Shown piece by piece: positions 1 to 9,131 of a stretch of 64,000 bases of DNA (its first letter is position 1; every line of letters begins with the position of its first letter). The stretch is from an uncultured Clostridia bacterium (GTDB lineage: Bacteria > Bacillota > Clostridia > TANB77 > CAG-508): assembly GCA_934141445.1 (NCBI GenBank), contig CAKPCF010000008.1:99-64098 (forward strand), in the 5' to 3' direction. The position numbers were made by a program, and so were the translations under genes. Under the pieces are notes generated by a model that was given only the letters and a program-made list of their open reading frames with translations, searched no databases and was not told the DNA's origin.

Positions 1-1
1 A

Positions 2-3000
2 GAAAATATAGCTTTTGGAACAGACAATAATACAAAATCATTATGGTTATATCCATTAAGCACATCAAATTACCAATTAGCAGAAACGGAATATTTGAAA
101 TACATCAATCTAGGTTTGGAAGAAAGAGAAGATGTAGATATCTCAATAACAAAAGATGTATATCAAGTAAAAACAACAATAAATGGTGAAGAGGTAATTT
201 ATGATTATAATCAAGAAAATGTAAATAATGAATATAAAAACGATTATGTAATAAAGAGTCCTTATAATTTAGAATTTTATGAATCAGACTTTAAATATAG
301 ACGTGATGTATATACAAATGAAGCTGTGAGAAATTATAAGGGAGAAGAAAGCGAGTTAAATGTAGAAGTAACATTTAAAATAGCAATTACAAATGAAAAA
401 ATAGAAAATGATGAACCATACAGACAGAATAAAGATATACCAATAGAAGTAACAATAGATGAACTTGCAGACTACTATGATGAAAACTTTATTAAATATA
501 CAGGAGAAGAAAATAATACATTAAAAGTAAGGACAAAGGATGGAGATTACTTAAAGGATAAACAAATAAAGATAGCAGAAGCATGGTATAAATCAAGTGA
601 GACATCAAATGAATCAATGCCATTAACATTATCAAATACATCAAATTATAATGAAGAACGAAACTTTACAACAAATGGTTATAACACTTTATACATCAGA
701 GGCTTTGACAATGTGAAATTAAAAGAAGGCGAAACAGGATATGTATTTGTAAAATATGTATTGGATAAGATTGAAGATAGAGCAGATGATACTGAATTCC
801 AATTGGGAAGAACATTAAAAATTAGAGATCAGAAAAAATCTGATAATATAATAGAAGGTATATCAGAAATCAATGCATACTCAACATGGTATGGAGATGT
901 ATCAGAAGAATATAAACAAGAAAATCCAGCTTATGAAGTAGGATATCCAGCAGGACTAGTAGATAAAGATTCAAACCCAGGCAATATAGGAGATGACAAT
1001 GGATTATCTACATCAGAAACTTTAGCAAGAAATAAGAGTGCAGATGACACTGATTTATATGAGGATGATACATATAAGACAGGTATAGTAATGGATGTCG
1101 CAACAGTTCAAACTCCACCAACAGATGAAACTACACCACCACCTAAAGATAGTGATACTCCAAATGAAAATGATACACCAGGAGTTAAAGGATATAGAGT
1201 ATTATCAGGATTTGTATGGGATGATGCAAGAACAGAAGCAATAACAGATAATGATACAAATGGAAATACATTAAATATTCAATATACAGGTGATGGAAAA
1301 TATAACAATAGTGCTACTAAAAATACAGAAGCAAAATCTAATAGCAATGTTCTAGATTTGATAAATAACAATTCTTCATACAAGGGTATGTTAAATGCAA
1401 TCTTACAACAACCAGATTATCAAATTGCAGAAAATAAGGATTTTGTAGTAAAAGATGCAAAAGCGCAATTGGTTGAGATTGTAAAAATACCAGTATATAA
1501 TCCAGATGGCTCATTAAAGGAAACAAGGTATTATGAAGAAACATTAAATCCAACAGAGGTAAAATGGACAAGAGTACAAAACATAAGAACAAATGACAAT
1601 GGTAGATATGTACTTGGAGGTTTCATACCAGGATATTATATAGTAAGATTTAGCTATGGAGATACAACATCAGAAACAATGCTTACATTTAATGGTCAAG
1701 ATTATAAATCAACTAAGTATACAGCAACATATACTGGAACAGATAATAAAGAACATATAATTGACAATGTTACATATAGTTCAACTGATGAAGAGTTTTA
1801 TAATGGATATGATACAATAATGACAACATTAGAGAAGAAAAATAATTCAGATGCAAGAGATGATGAGATAGACAGATTAAATTCAATATCATATTCAGAA
1901 GTAATGACAAATGCAAAAGCAGAAGTGTTAAAAGGTTTAGGTATTCAAGGTTCAGATGAAGAAAAAAATCGTATGAAGCAAGAATTAGTAAATAATACAA
2001 AGATGAATGCAGAAACTGTAACATTCTATGTAAAACCAGAAAAATTAAATAATTATACTGAAAGTACAACTTATGCAAGATGTACAAATATCCCTTATAG
2101 TCAAATTTCTATAAGAACTTATAATATTAGAAATGTAGACTTTGGTATTGAATATAGGCCAGAATCAGCATTTAATCTAGACATAGAAATAAAAGAAATA
2201 AGACTTGTAACTTCTGACCAAGAAACTTTAATAAAAATTGTATTTAAGAATGCTTTAGATGCAGATGAACAAATACAAGAAAACCCTGTTACCGGAAGAA
2301 TTGTACGAGAAGTTGATTTGGAGCATAGTATAGGATTTAATAATTTACAATTTATTTGTAATAATGATAATTATGCTTTACAAGGTTTTGTATACATAAA
2401 TGTAGATGATACTATGTTACAAGGTTGTAGAATAAATGTTGATTATGAACTTACTGTAAAAAATAAGAGTGAAGTTGATAGGATTAGCATTAACTTAGAC
2501 AAATTGAGATATAAAGAAAATATAGACTCTAGTGAGAGAAGCAATGTAAGTGCAATAAATCATACAGGTTCAGCAACAGCAATGAGAAATCTTAAATTTG
2601 ATACTTATGCTATTGATGGCACATATAGAAAGACTGAAAAAACAATGACAACAGGTAATAGCAATTACTATGGTAAATATTTAGGAACTACATATTTCTT
2701 AGGCGAAGGTGTTTCAGATGAACAAAAAGAAGTACGAGAAAGTTGGGATACAATAGTAGATTTAAAGATTGATAAGATTTTAGACTACATAGATACAAAT
2801 TTAACTTTCCCATCAGCAAAGAATAAAGACACAGACCATTCTTGGGCAACAACTACTACTGAAGCTTTAAAGAATGGAGATGGTCAAAATGGTTCTTTAT
2901 TAAATGGAAGTCTATTTAAAGATAGTGATGGAAATGCAATGTCAAGTTTAACTAACTTAAAAGGAGTTTCTTTTGAAACAAATTTATCAAGTAATTTGGT

Positions 3001-3502
3001 AGTATCAATGGATGATAGAACTAGTGACAATCAAAATATAGAAACAATTGTAAACCAAAGCTTATCAAAATTCTTAGAACCATTTATGACAGAAAATTAT
3101 GATACTGAAAAATATCTTGGAAGGATAGTATTAACAACAGAAAAATTGGTATCTTCTGAAACTGATACAGATAACTTAAGATTTGAAAATATGGCAGAGA
3201 TAGTCCAATATACTTCAACAACAGGTAGAAGAACAAATTATGATATAACAATAGGAAATGCAGATATTAGAAATGGTGAATATATGACAAGTTTGAAAGA
3301 AGTTGATTCATCAGCACCAGAAGTAATAACTTTAACTCCACCAACAGGTTTGGATAGAAGAATACAAAATATGGTAATGTATGCAGTAGAAAAAAACATA
3401 AACAAAGTGATAATTGCTATAATATTATTTATATGCTTAATTACTTCAGGATTTGCAGTACCAAGAATGGTAAGAAAGTATAAAAATAAACCTATAAAAT
3501 AA
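2..3502 (+). CDS. Large surface adhesin-like protein, 5' end outside window; C-terminal membrane anchor
   Basis: The frame of listed ORF 95..3502 stays open back to nt 2, so the TTG at 95 is not the start. Asn/Thr/Asp-rich extracellular-type composition. DKDSNPGN motif and a Pro/Thr linker (TPPTDETTPPPKDSDTPNENDTPG). Cna-B/SdrD-B-like pattern (GFVWDD...NGRYVLGGFIPGYYIVRFSYGD). C-terminal TPPTG, then a hydrophobic helix and basic tail (RKYKNKPIK). Confidence 0.75.
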   Translation, partial: ENIAFGTDNNTKSLWLYPLSTSNYQLAETEYLKYINLGLEEREDVDISITKDVYQVKTTINGEEVIYDYNQENVNNEYKNDYVIKSPYNLEFYESDFKYRRDVYTNEAVRNYKGEESELNVEVTFKIAITNEKIENDEPYRQNKDIPIEVTIDELADYYDENFIKYTGEENNTLKVRTKDGDYLKDKQIKIAEAWYKSSETSNESMPLTLSNTSNYNEERNFTTNGYNTLYIRGFDNVKLKEGETGYVFVKYVLDKIEDRADDTEFQLGRTLKIRDQKKSDNIIEGISEINAYSTWYGDVSEEYKQENPAYEVGYPAGLVDKDSNPGNIGDDNGLSTSETLARNKSADDTDLYEDDTYKTGIVMDVATVQTPPTDETTPPPKDSDTPNENDTPGVKGYRVLSGFVWDDARTEAITDNDTNGNTLNIQYTGDGKYNNSATKNTEAKSNSNVLDLINNNSSYKGMLNAILQQPDYQIAENKDFVVKDAKAQLVEIVKIPVYNPDGSLKETRYYEETLNPTEVKWTRVQNIRTNDNGRYVLGGFIPGYYIVRFSYGDTTSETMLTFNGQDYKSTKYTATYTGTDNKEHIIDNVTYSSTDEEFYNGYDTIMTTLEKKNNSDARDDEIDRLNSISYSEVMTNAKAEVLKGLGIQGSDEEKNRMKQELVNNTKMNAETVTFYVKPEKLNNYTESTTYARCTNIPYSQISIRTYNIRNVDFGIEYRPESAFNLDIEIKEIRLVTSDQETLIKIVFKNALDADEQIQENPVTGRIVREVDLEHSIGFNNLQFICNNDNYALQGFVYINVDDTMLQGCRINVDYELTVKNKSEVDRISINLDKLRYKENIDSSERSNVSAINHTGSATAMRNLKFDTYAIDGTYRKTEKTMTTGNSNYYGKYLGTTYFLGEGVSDEQKEVRESWDTIVDLKIDKILDYIDTNLTFPSAKNKDTDHSWATTTTEALKNGDGQNGSLLNGSLFKDSDGNAMSSLTNLKGVSFETNLSSNLVVSMDDRTSDNQNIETIVNQSLSKFLEPFMTENYDTEKYLGRIVLTTEKLVSSETDTDNLRFENMAEIVQYTSTTGRRTNYDITIGNADIRNGEYMTSLKEVDSSAPEVITLTPPTGLDRRIQNMVMYAVEKNINKVIIAIILFICLITSGFAVPRMVRKYKNKPIK

Positions 3503-3519
3503 TATGCAAAAAATATAAT

Positions 3520-3574
3520 TTAAGTGAATTCAAAATATTAAAATTTTAATATTGAGAGTTCACTTAATTTTTTT
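3520..3574 (+). terminator. Rho-independent terminator after adhesin gene
   Basis: TTAAGTGAA (3520-3528) pairs with TTCACTTAA (3559-3567). AT-rich inner stem, then a T7 run (3568-3574). Confidence 0.7.
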
Positions 3575-3888
3575 GAAAAAAATGTCGCCTTAAAAGACAA
3601 ATAAAAGTTGCAAAGGGTATAAAAAAGGGCAAAAAAATGTCAAAAATAAAATGAGAACAATTCCTAATTTGCTTTGAAAGTCAACAAACAGGCTGGTAAA
3701 AATTTTGAAATTTTAAAAATGTAATAAAAAAGTTACAATTGAAAAATAAAAAATGATATATTCTTAGAGTAGAAAGAGATAATCAAAATGTAACCGAACA
3801 AAAAAGAACAAAAGAACAAAAACACACAAATTTTGTATGCTTAGAACTGCAAAGGATACACACTTGCGTAAACATAAAAACTATTCGT

Positions 3889-3916
3889 TTGACATTACTT
3901 TTTATTGTGTTAGAAT
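3889..3916 (+). promoter_or_regulatory. Candidate sigma-A promoter of nrdDG
   Basis: TTGACA (3889-3894), 16-nt spacer, TAGAAT (3911-3916) preceded by TGT. Lies about 60 nt upstream of the nrdD ATG. Confidence 0.45.
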
Positions 3917-3977
3917 AAATTCAACGAACAGAAAAAAGGCAAAACACGCTATGTTCTATAATACAGGGGGTAGAAAA

Positions 3978-6095
3978 ATGAAGGTTATAAAAAGAGACGG
4001 AAGAAAAGTTGAATACGATAGTGACAAAATAGTAATAGCAATAAGCCAAGCAAACAAAGAGGTTGGTGGAAAAGATAAATTATCTAGAGCAGATATTGAA
4101 TTTATCACAAAATATATTGAAAATTTAGGAAAAACAACAATTTCAGTAGAAGACATACAAGATATTATAGAGCGTAAGTTAATGGAATTTGGAAAATTTA
4201 CATTAGCCAAAAAATACATTTTATATAGAGAAAAACATGCTATGATTCGTCAATCAAATACAACAGATGAAAGCATATTAAGTTTAGTTAGAAATACTAA
4301 CAAAGAAACTATGGAAGAAAATAGTAATAAAAATGCATTTTTAGCAGCAACTCAAAGAGATTTAATTGCTGGAGAAGTATCAAAAGATATTACAGACCGT
4401 TTAATATTACCAGCAAGAATTGTAAAAGCTCATAATGATGGTGTTTTACACTTCCATGATAAAGATTATTTTATTCAACCAATACATAACTGTTGTTTAG
4501 TAAACATTGGTGATATGTTAGATAATGGAACTGTTATGAATGGAAAAATGATAGAAAGCCCTAAGAGTTTCCAAGTAGCATGCACAGTTACAACACAAAT
4601 TATTGCAGCTGTTGCAAGTAACCAATATGGTGGACAATCTATAGATATTCGTCATTTAGGTAAATATTTAAGAAAAACTTATGATAAAGCTTATAATCAT
4701 TATAGAAAAATGGGATATGGAGAAAAAGAAGCTGATGTTCTTGCAAAAGATAAGAGACAAGAAGATTTAAAATCAGGCGTTCAAACAATCCAATATCAAA
4801 TAAATACTTTAATGACAACAAATGGACAGAGCCCATTCGTAACATTATTTATGTACTTAGATGAAAAGAATGAATATATTGAAGAAATTGCTTTAATTAT
4901 TGAAGAAATTTTAAAACAAAGAATTCAAGGAATTAAAAATGATGCAGGTGTTTATGTTACACCAGCTTTCCCAAAACTAGTTTATGTTTTAGATGAAAAT
5001 AACTGCTTAAAAGGTGGTAAATATGATTATTTAACAAAACTTGCAGTTTCATGTTCAGCAAAAAGAATGTATCCTGATTATATATCAGCAAAAAAAATGC
5101 GTGAGAATTATGAAGGAAATGTATTCAGTCCAATGGGTTGCAGAAGTTTTTTAAGTCCTTGGAAAGATGAAAATGGAAATTATAAATTTGAAGGTAGATT
5201 CAATCAAGGTGTTGTAAGTATAAATCTTCCTCAAATCGGAATAATAGCAAATGGTGATGAAGAAAAATTCTGGAAATTATTTGACCAAAGACTAGAACTT
5301 TGCAAAGAAGCTTTAATGTGCAGACATAATGCTTTACTTGGAACAAAATCAGATGTAAGCCCAATTCACTGGCAATATGGTGGATTAGCAAGACTTGCAA
5401 AAGGTGAAACAATAGATAAATTACTTTATGGAGGATATTCATCAATTTCATTAGGATATATTGGTTTATATGAATTAACAAAACTAATGAAAGGTGTTTC
5501 TCATACAGATCCTAAAGGTGAAGAATTTGCATTAAGAGTTATGAAACATTTACAAGAAAAAACAGAAGAATGGAAAAAGGAAACAAATATTGGATTTGGA
5601 TTATATGGTACACCAGCTGAATCTTTATGTTATCGTTTCGCAAGAGTTGATAAAGAGAGATTTGGAGACATTGAAGATGTAACAGATAAAGGATATTATA
5701 CAAATTCATATCATGTAGATGTTAGAGAAAAAATCAATGCTTTTGATAAATTAAAATTTGAAAGTCAATTCCAACCAATATCTAGTGGTGGTGCAATTTC
5801 TTATATTGAAATACCAAATATGAAAAATAATATTCCTGCACTAGAAACAGTTGTTAAATTTATTTATGATAATATCCAATATGCTGAATTTAACACAAAA
5901 TCTGATTATTGTCATATTTGCGGATTTGATGGAGAAATTATTATCAACGATAATAATGAATGGGAATGTCCACAATGCGGAAATAAAGACCATAACAAAA
6001 TGAATGTAACAAGAAGAACATGCGGATATTTAGGTGAAAATTTCTGGAATGTTGGAAAAACAAAAGAAATTAAATCTAGAGTATTACATTTGTAA
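3978..6095 (+). CDS. nrdD: Anaerobic ribonucleoside-triphosphate reductase (class III RNR)
   Basis: ATG at 3978 is preceded by GGGGGT. N-terminal ATP-cone (MKVIKRDGRKVEYDSDKI). C-terminal Zn ribbon CHICG...CPQCG and glycyl-radical motif RRTCGYLG. The listed ORF start at 3837 is an upstream in-frame extension. Confidence 0.95.
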   Translation: MKVIKRDGRKVEYDSDKIVIAISQANKEVGGKDKLSRADIEFITKYIENLGKTTISVEDIQDIIERKLMEFGKFTLAKKYILYREKHAMIRQSNTTDESILSLVRNTNKETMEENSNKNAFLAATQRDLIAGEVSKDITDRLILPARIVKAHNDGVLHFHDKDYFIQPIHNCCLVNIGDMLDNGTVMNGKMIESPKSFQVACTVTTQIIAAVASNQYGGQSIDIRHLGKYLRKTYDKAYNHYRKMGYGEKEADVLAKDKRQEDLKSGVQTIQYQINTLMTTNGQSPFVTLFMYLDEKNEYIEEIALIIEEILKQRIQGIKNDAGVYVTPAFPKLVYVLDENNCLKGGKYDYLTKLAVSCSAKRMYPDYISAKKMRENYEGNVFSPMGCRSFLSPWKDENGNYKFEGRFNQGVVSINLPQIGIIANGDEEKFWKLFDQRLELCKEALMCRHNALLGTKSDVSPIHWQYGGLARLAKGETIDKLLYGGYSSISLGYIGLYELTKLMKGVSHTDPKGEEFALRVMKHLQEKTEEWKKETNIGFGLYGTPAESLCYRFARVDKERFGDIEDVTDKGYYTNSYHVDVREKINAFDKLKFESQFQPISSGGAISYIEIPNMKNNIPALETVVKFIYDNIQYAEFNTKSDYCHICGFDGEIIINDNNEWECPQCGNKDHNKMNVTRRTCGYLGENFWNVGKTKEIKSRVLHL

Positions 6096-6154
6096 TAGAT
6101 TAACCAATGAAAAAATATAAATACACAAAAGACTATAATTAACTACCCAATATA

Positions 6155-6194
6155 GGCCGTTTGCCAAATTATATTATGCAAACGGTCTAATTTT
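6155..6194 (+). terminator. Hairpin between nrdD and nrdG (terminator/attenuator-like)
   Basis: GGCCGTTTGC (6155-6164) pairs with GCAAACGGTC (6178-6187), including one G-U pair, with a 13-nt loop. Followed by TAATTTTAAAAA. The T tract is weak, so it may act in processing or attenuation rather than as a full stop. Confidence 0.45.
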
Positions 6195-6215
6195 AAAAAT
6201 CTTAAGGAGAAAAAC

Positions 6216-7007
6216 ATGAATTACGCAGATATAAAAGATATAGATATACAAGATGGATATGGAGTTAGAACTTCATTATATGTAAGTGGGTGTCATTTTC
6301 ATTGCCCAGAATGTCACAATAAAGAAGCATGGGATTTTAACTATGGCAAGAAATTTGATGATTCAGCAAAAGAGAGAATTTTTAAAAACCTAGAACATGA
6401 TTATATAGAAGGTCTATCTATTTTGGGTGGAGAACCATTTGAAAAAATAAATCAACAAACATTAGCTGGTTTTGTTAGTGAAGTAAAAGCAAAATTTCCT
6501 AACAAATCAATTTGGTGTTGGACTGGATATGATTTTGATAAAGATATATTAAATGATATGTACAAAAAATATGATTATACAAAAGAGCTTTTAAATAATA
6601 TTGATATAATTGTTGATGGACAATTTGAAGTTGATAAACATATTGTTGATTTAAAATTTAGAGGTTCTTATAATCAAAGAAAAATAGATGTACAAGCAAG
6701 TATAAAGCAAAATAAAATGGTAAGATTACCTTTTGGAGATGAAGAAAGATACGAAGAAGAAGTTAAGAAACCTAAAATTTATAAAGAAATTGTTACCAAA
6801 GAAAAGGTTTCAGAAGTTACAAATTCTAAAGAAAGTGTTTCAAAATCAACTAATGATAAGATTATCACATTTATTCCAGAAACAGTTGGTAAGTCAAGTT
6901 TCGTAGAGCAAGAAGTTACAGAACAAATTGCAGCAAAATCTAATAATGAAAGTTTTATTGAAAATACAGGAAACATTACGGATAACAAGAATACAAGAAA
7001 AGTATAA
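6216..7007 (+). CDS. nrdG: Anaerobic RNR activating enzyme (radical SAM) with ~95-aa C-terminal extension
   Basis: RBS AAGGAGA. Cluster motif CHFHCPECHN, then GGEPF. Position is directly after nrdD. The tail beyond about aa 165 is Lys/Glu/Ser-rich low complexity. Confidence 0.9.
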   Translation: MNYADIKDIDIQDGYGVRTSLYVSGCHFHCPECHNKEAWDFNYGKKFDDSAKERIFKNLEHDYIEGLSILGGEPFEKINQQTLAGFVSEVKAKFPNKSIWCWTGYDFDKDILNDMYKKYDYTKELLNNIDIIVDGQFEVDKHIVDLKFRGSYNQRKIDVQASIKQNKMVRLPFGDEERYEEEVKKPKIYKEIVTKEKVSEVTNSKESVSKSTNDKIITFIPETVGKSSFVEQEVTEQIAAKSNNESFIENTGNITDNKNTRKV

Positions 7008-7095
7008 TAAATTGCTTACACAATATTTTAAAACATATATTATAAAATTGAATATGTAAAAATGTAAAAAAAGATATAAAAGATTTGGAGGTATT

Positions 7096-8043
7096 ATGGA
7101 AAATATTAAGATTTTTTCATGTAGTGAATCGGCAGACAAATTTACAAAGGAAGTATGCAATTACTTAAAGCTCGAACCAGGCGAAATGACAAGAATGAAG
7201 TTTAAAAATGATAACAACTTTGTTCAAATTAAAGAAACCGTAAGAGAAAGTGACGTATTTTTAATACAAACTACAACACCACCTGTAAACGAAAGAATAA
7301 TGGAACTTTTAATTACAATTGATGCAGTTAAAAGAGCTTCTGCTAAAAGAATTACTGTAGTATTACCATATTACATATATTCTAGATCAGATAAAAAAGA
7401 CCAACCTCGTATACCAGTTACAGCAAAATTATTTGCACAACTAATTGAGGCAGCTGGTGCAAATAGAGTTTTAACTTGCGATTTACACAATCCAGCAATA
7501 TCAGCTTACTTCAATATAAATTGTGATGTTCTAACAGGAAAATCTTTACTAGAAAAATACTTTGATGCAAAAGATATTGAAAATAAAGTTGTTGTTGCCA
7601 CAGATGCTGGAAGTTCAAAAAAAGCATATAAATATGCAGAACATTTCAAATGTCCAATTGCTCTAATAGATAAGAGAAGAGATGGAAACAATGATAAGGC
7701 AATAGCTACTAGTGTTATTGGTGAAATTGAAGGAAAAAATGCTTTAATATTTGATGATGAAGTAGATACAGCAGGTTCAATAATGGAAACTGTTGATGTA
7801 ATAAAGAAATATGGAGCAAAGGATATATATGTGGGTTGTACACATGGAGTATTATCTGGTCTAGCAATTGAAAGAATTAGTAATTCATCAATAAAAGAAT
7901 TGGTTATGACGAATACAATTCCTCTTACAAAGGAAAAACAAATAGATAAAATTGTTGTAGTATCAATTTCAGAATTATTTGGTGAGGCTATAAAAAAGAT
8001 AAATGAAGCCACTTCAATTGGAGAATTATTTGAAGCAAATTAA
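7096..8043 (+). CDS. prs: Ribose-phosphate pyrophosphokinase
   Basis: RBS GGAGG. 315 aa. Motifs VVLPYYIYSRSDKKD, DLHN and PRPP loop DDEVDTAGS. Confidence 0.95.
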   Translation: MENIKIFSCSESADKFTKEVCNYLKLEPGEMTRMKFKNDNNFVQIKETVRESDVFLIQTTTPPVNERIMELLITIDAVKRASAKRITVVLPYYIYSRSDKKDQPRIPVTAKLFAQLIEAAGANRVLTCDLHNPAISAYFNINCDVLTGKSLLEKYFDAKDIENKVVVATDAGSSKKAYKYAEHFKCPIALIDKRRDGNNDKAIATSVIGEIEGKNALIFDDEVDTAGSIMETVDVIKKYGAKDIYVGCTHGVLSGLAIERISNSSIKELVMTNTIPLTKEKQIDKIVVVSISELFGEAIKKINEATSIGELFEAN

Positions 8044-8098
8044 CAACCATTAAATACCGAAAAACCCATTAAATATTGAATTTAAAGTAAATTTGGTA

Positions 8099-8128
8099 TT
8101 GACAAGTACCCTGAAAATAATGTATAAT
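8099..8128 (+). promoter_or_regulatory. Sigma-A promoter of rpsU
   Basis: TTGACA (8099-8104), 18-nt spacer, TATAAT (8123-8128). About 80 nt upstream of the rpsU ATG. Confidence 0.6.
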
Positions 8129-8206
8129 AAGAAACAGTTAAGAAGTCTAAAGGATTATTACATAAATCCCACAAGATGGTTTCGAGCTTCGGAAGGAGGG
8201 GAAATA

Positions 8207-8377
8207 ATGTCAGAGGTTAAAGTAAATAATGGTAATATAGAAGACGCTTTAAAGAGATTTAAAAGACAATGTGCTAGAAATGGCGTATTACAAGAAGTAA
8301 GAAAAAGAGAACATTATGAAAAACCAAGTGTTAGAAGAAAGAAAAAATCAGAGGCTGCAAGAAAAAGAAAATTCTAA
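8207..8377 (+). CDS. rpsU: 30S ribosomal protein S21
   Basis: ATG at 8207 follows [52 protein letters not shown]...RKRKF is typical bS21. The listed ORF start at 8093 overlaps the promoter. Confidence 0.9.
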   Translation: MSEVKVNNGNIEDALKRFKRQCARNGVLQEVRKREHYEKPSVRRKKKSEAARKRKF

Positions 8378-8406
8378 AAGCTAATATAGATTTTATAAGG
8401 TTGTAG

Positions 8407-8440
8407 AGGACGGATATTTATATCCGTTCTTTGTTTTTTT
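8407..8440 (+). terminator. Rho-independent terminator after rpsU
   Basis: AGGACGGATA pairs with TATCCGTTCT as a 10-bp stem with a 4-nt loop. Followed by TTGTTTTTTT. Confidence 0.8.
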
Positions 8441-8546
8441 GAAAAAGAGAAAAAAAGAAGTATTTAGATTTACTCGATTACTAGAATAAGTTCATTAAAT
8501 TAAAATATAAAAATGTTATTTATAACATTAGAAGGGAAGGGTAAAA

Positions 8547-8987
8547 ATGTTAAAAGAACAATTGATGAATGATTTAAAATCTGCAATGAAGGAGAAAGAT
8601 GAAATAAAGAAAAATACTGTTCAAATGGTTAGAGCAGGAATTTTACAAATTGAAAAAGATAAAGGAATTGAAGTTGATGATAGTCAAATTATAGATATCA
8701 TTGCTAAAGAAGTAAAAAAGAGAAAAGATGCAGCAGTTGACTTTGAAAAAGGTGGAAGAGAAGATTTAGTTGAAAAGAATAATAAAGAAATAGAAATCTT
8801 ATCTGCTTACTTACCAAAGCAATTATCAGTAAAAGAAATTGAAGAAATAGTTAAAGCTGTAATATCTGAGACTGGTGCAACAAGTATTAAAGATATGGGA
8901 AAAGTTATGAAAGGTGCAAAAGATAAAATAGGAGCAGCTGCTGATGGAAAAACTATCAATGAAGTAGTAAAAACATTGCTTGGATAA
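8547..8987 (+). CDS. yqeY: GatB/YqeY domain protein
   Basis: 146 aa. MLKEQLMNDLKSAMKEKDEIKKNTVQMVRAGILQ... matches the YqeY family pattern. The rpsU-yqeY neighbourhood is conserved in Firmicutes. Confidence 0.85.
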   Translation: MLKEQLMNDLKSAMKEKDEIKKNTVQMVRAGILQIEKDKGIEVDDSQIIDIIAKEVKKRKDAAVDFEKGGREDLVEKNNKEIEILSAYLPKQLSVKEIEEIVKAVISETGATSIKDMGKVMKGAKDKIGAAADGKTINEVVKTLLG

Positions 8988-8995
8988 TAAAAATG

Positions 8996-9024
8996 TTGAA
9001 AATGTAGCTATTCTGTGCTATACT
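8996..9024 (+). promoter_or_regulatory. Candidate promoter of the 9132 gene
   Basis: TTGAAA (8996-9001), 17-nt spacer, TATACT (9019-9024). Confidence 0.5.
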
Positions 9025-9131
9025 AACAAAGTACGCAATTGGTTTTTTGAATTATATAATCATTAAAATAATTTTTGATAGTAAGTTCAATAAGCCAATG
9101 TATTATTTGACAGAAAAGAAAGGACAATACT

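Noticed and set aside
3575-3888. Riboswitch (e.g. cobalamin) or sRNA in the long nrdD upstream region
   Set aside because: The region is A-rich, with no B12-box-like element or conserved stem architecture that I can identify. A covariance-model scan (Rfam) would be needed to say more.
3837-3977. N-terminal 47-codon extension of the nrdD ORF (MLRTAKDTHLRK...)
   Set aside because: It has no RBS and overlaps the candidate promoter. The conserved ATP-cone starts at the ATG at 3978, which has a strong GGGGGT Shine-Dalgarno.
7506-8012. 168-aa antisense ORF inside prs
   Set aside because: It lies entirely within a well-supported conserved gene on the other strand. It has a low-complexity, hydrophobic translation and no RBS.
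8093-8206. Extended start of the rpsU ORF
   Set aside because: The extension runs through the TTGACA/TATAAT promoter. bS21 homology begins at the ATG at 8207, after GGAAGGAGG.
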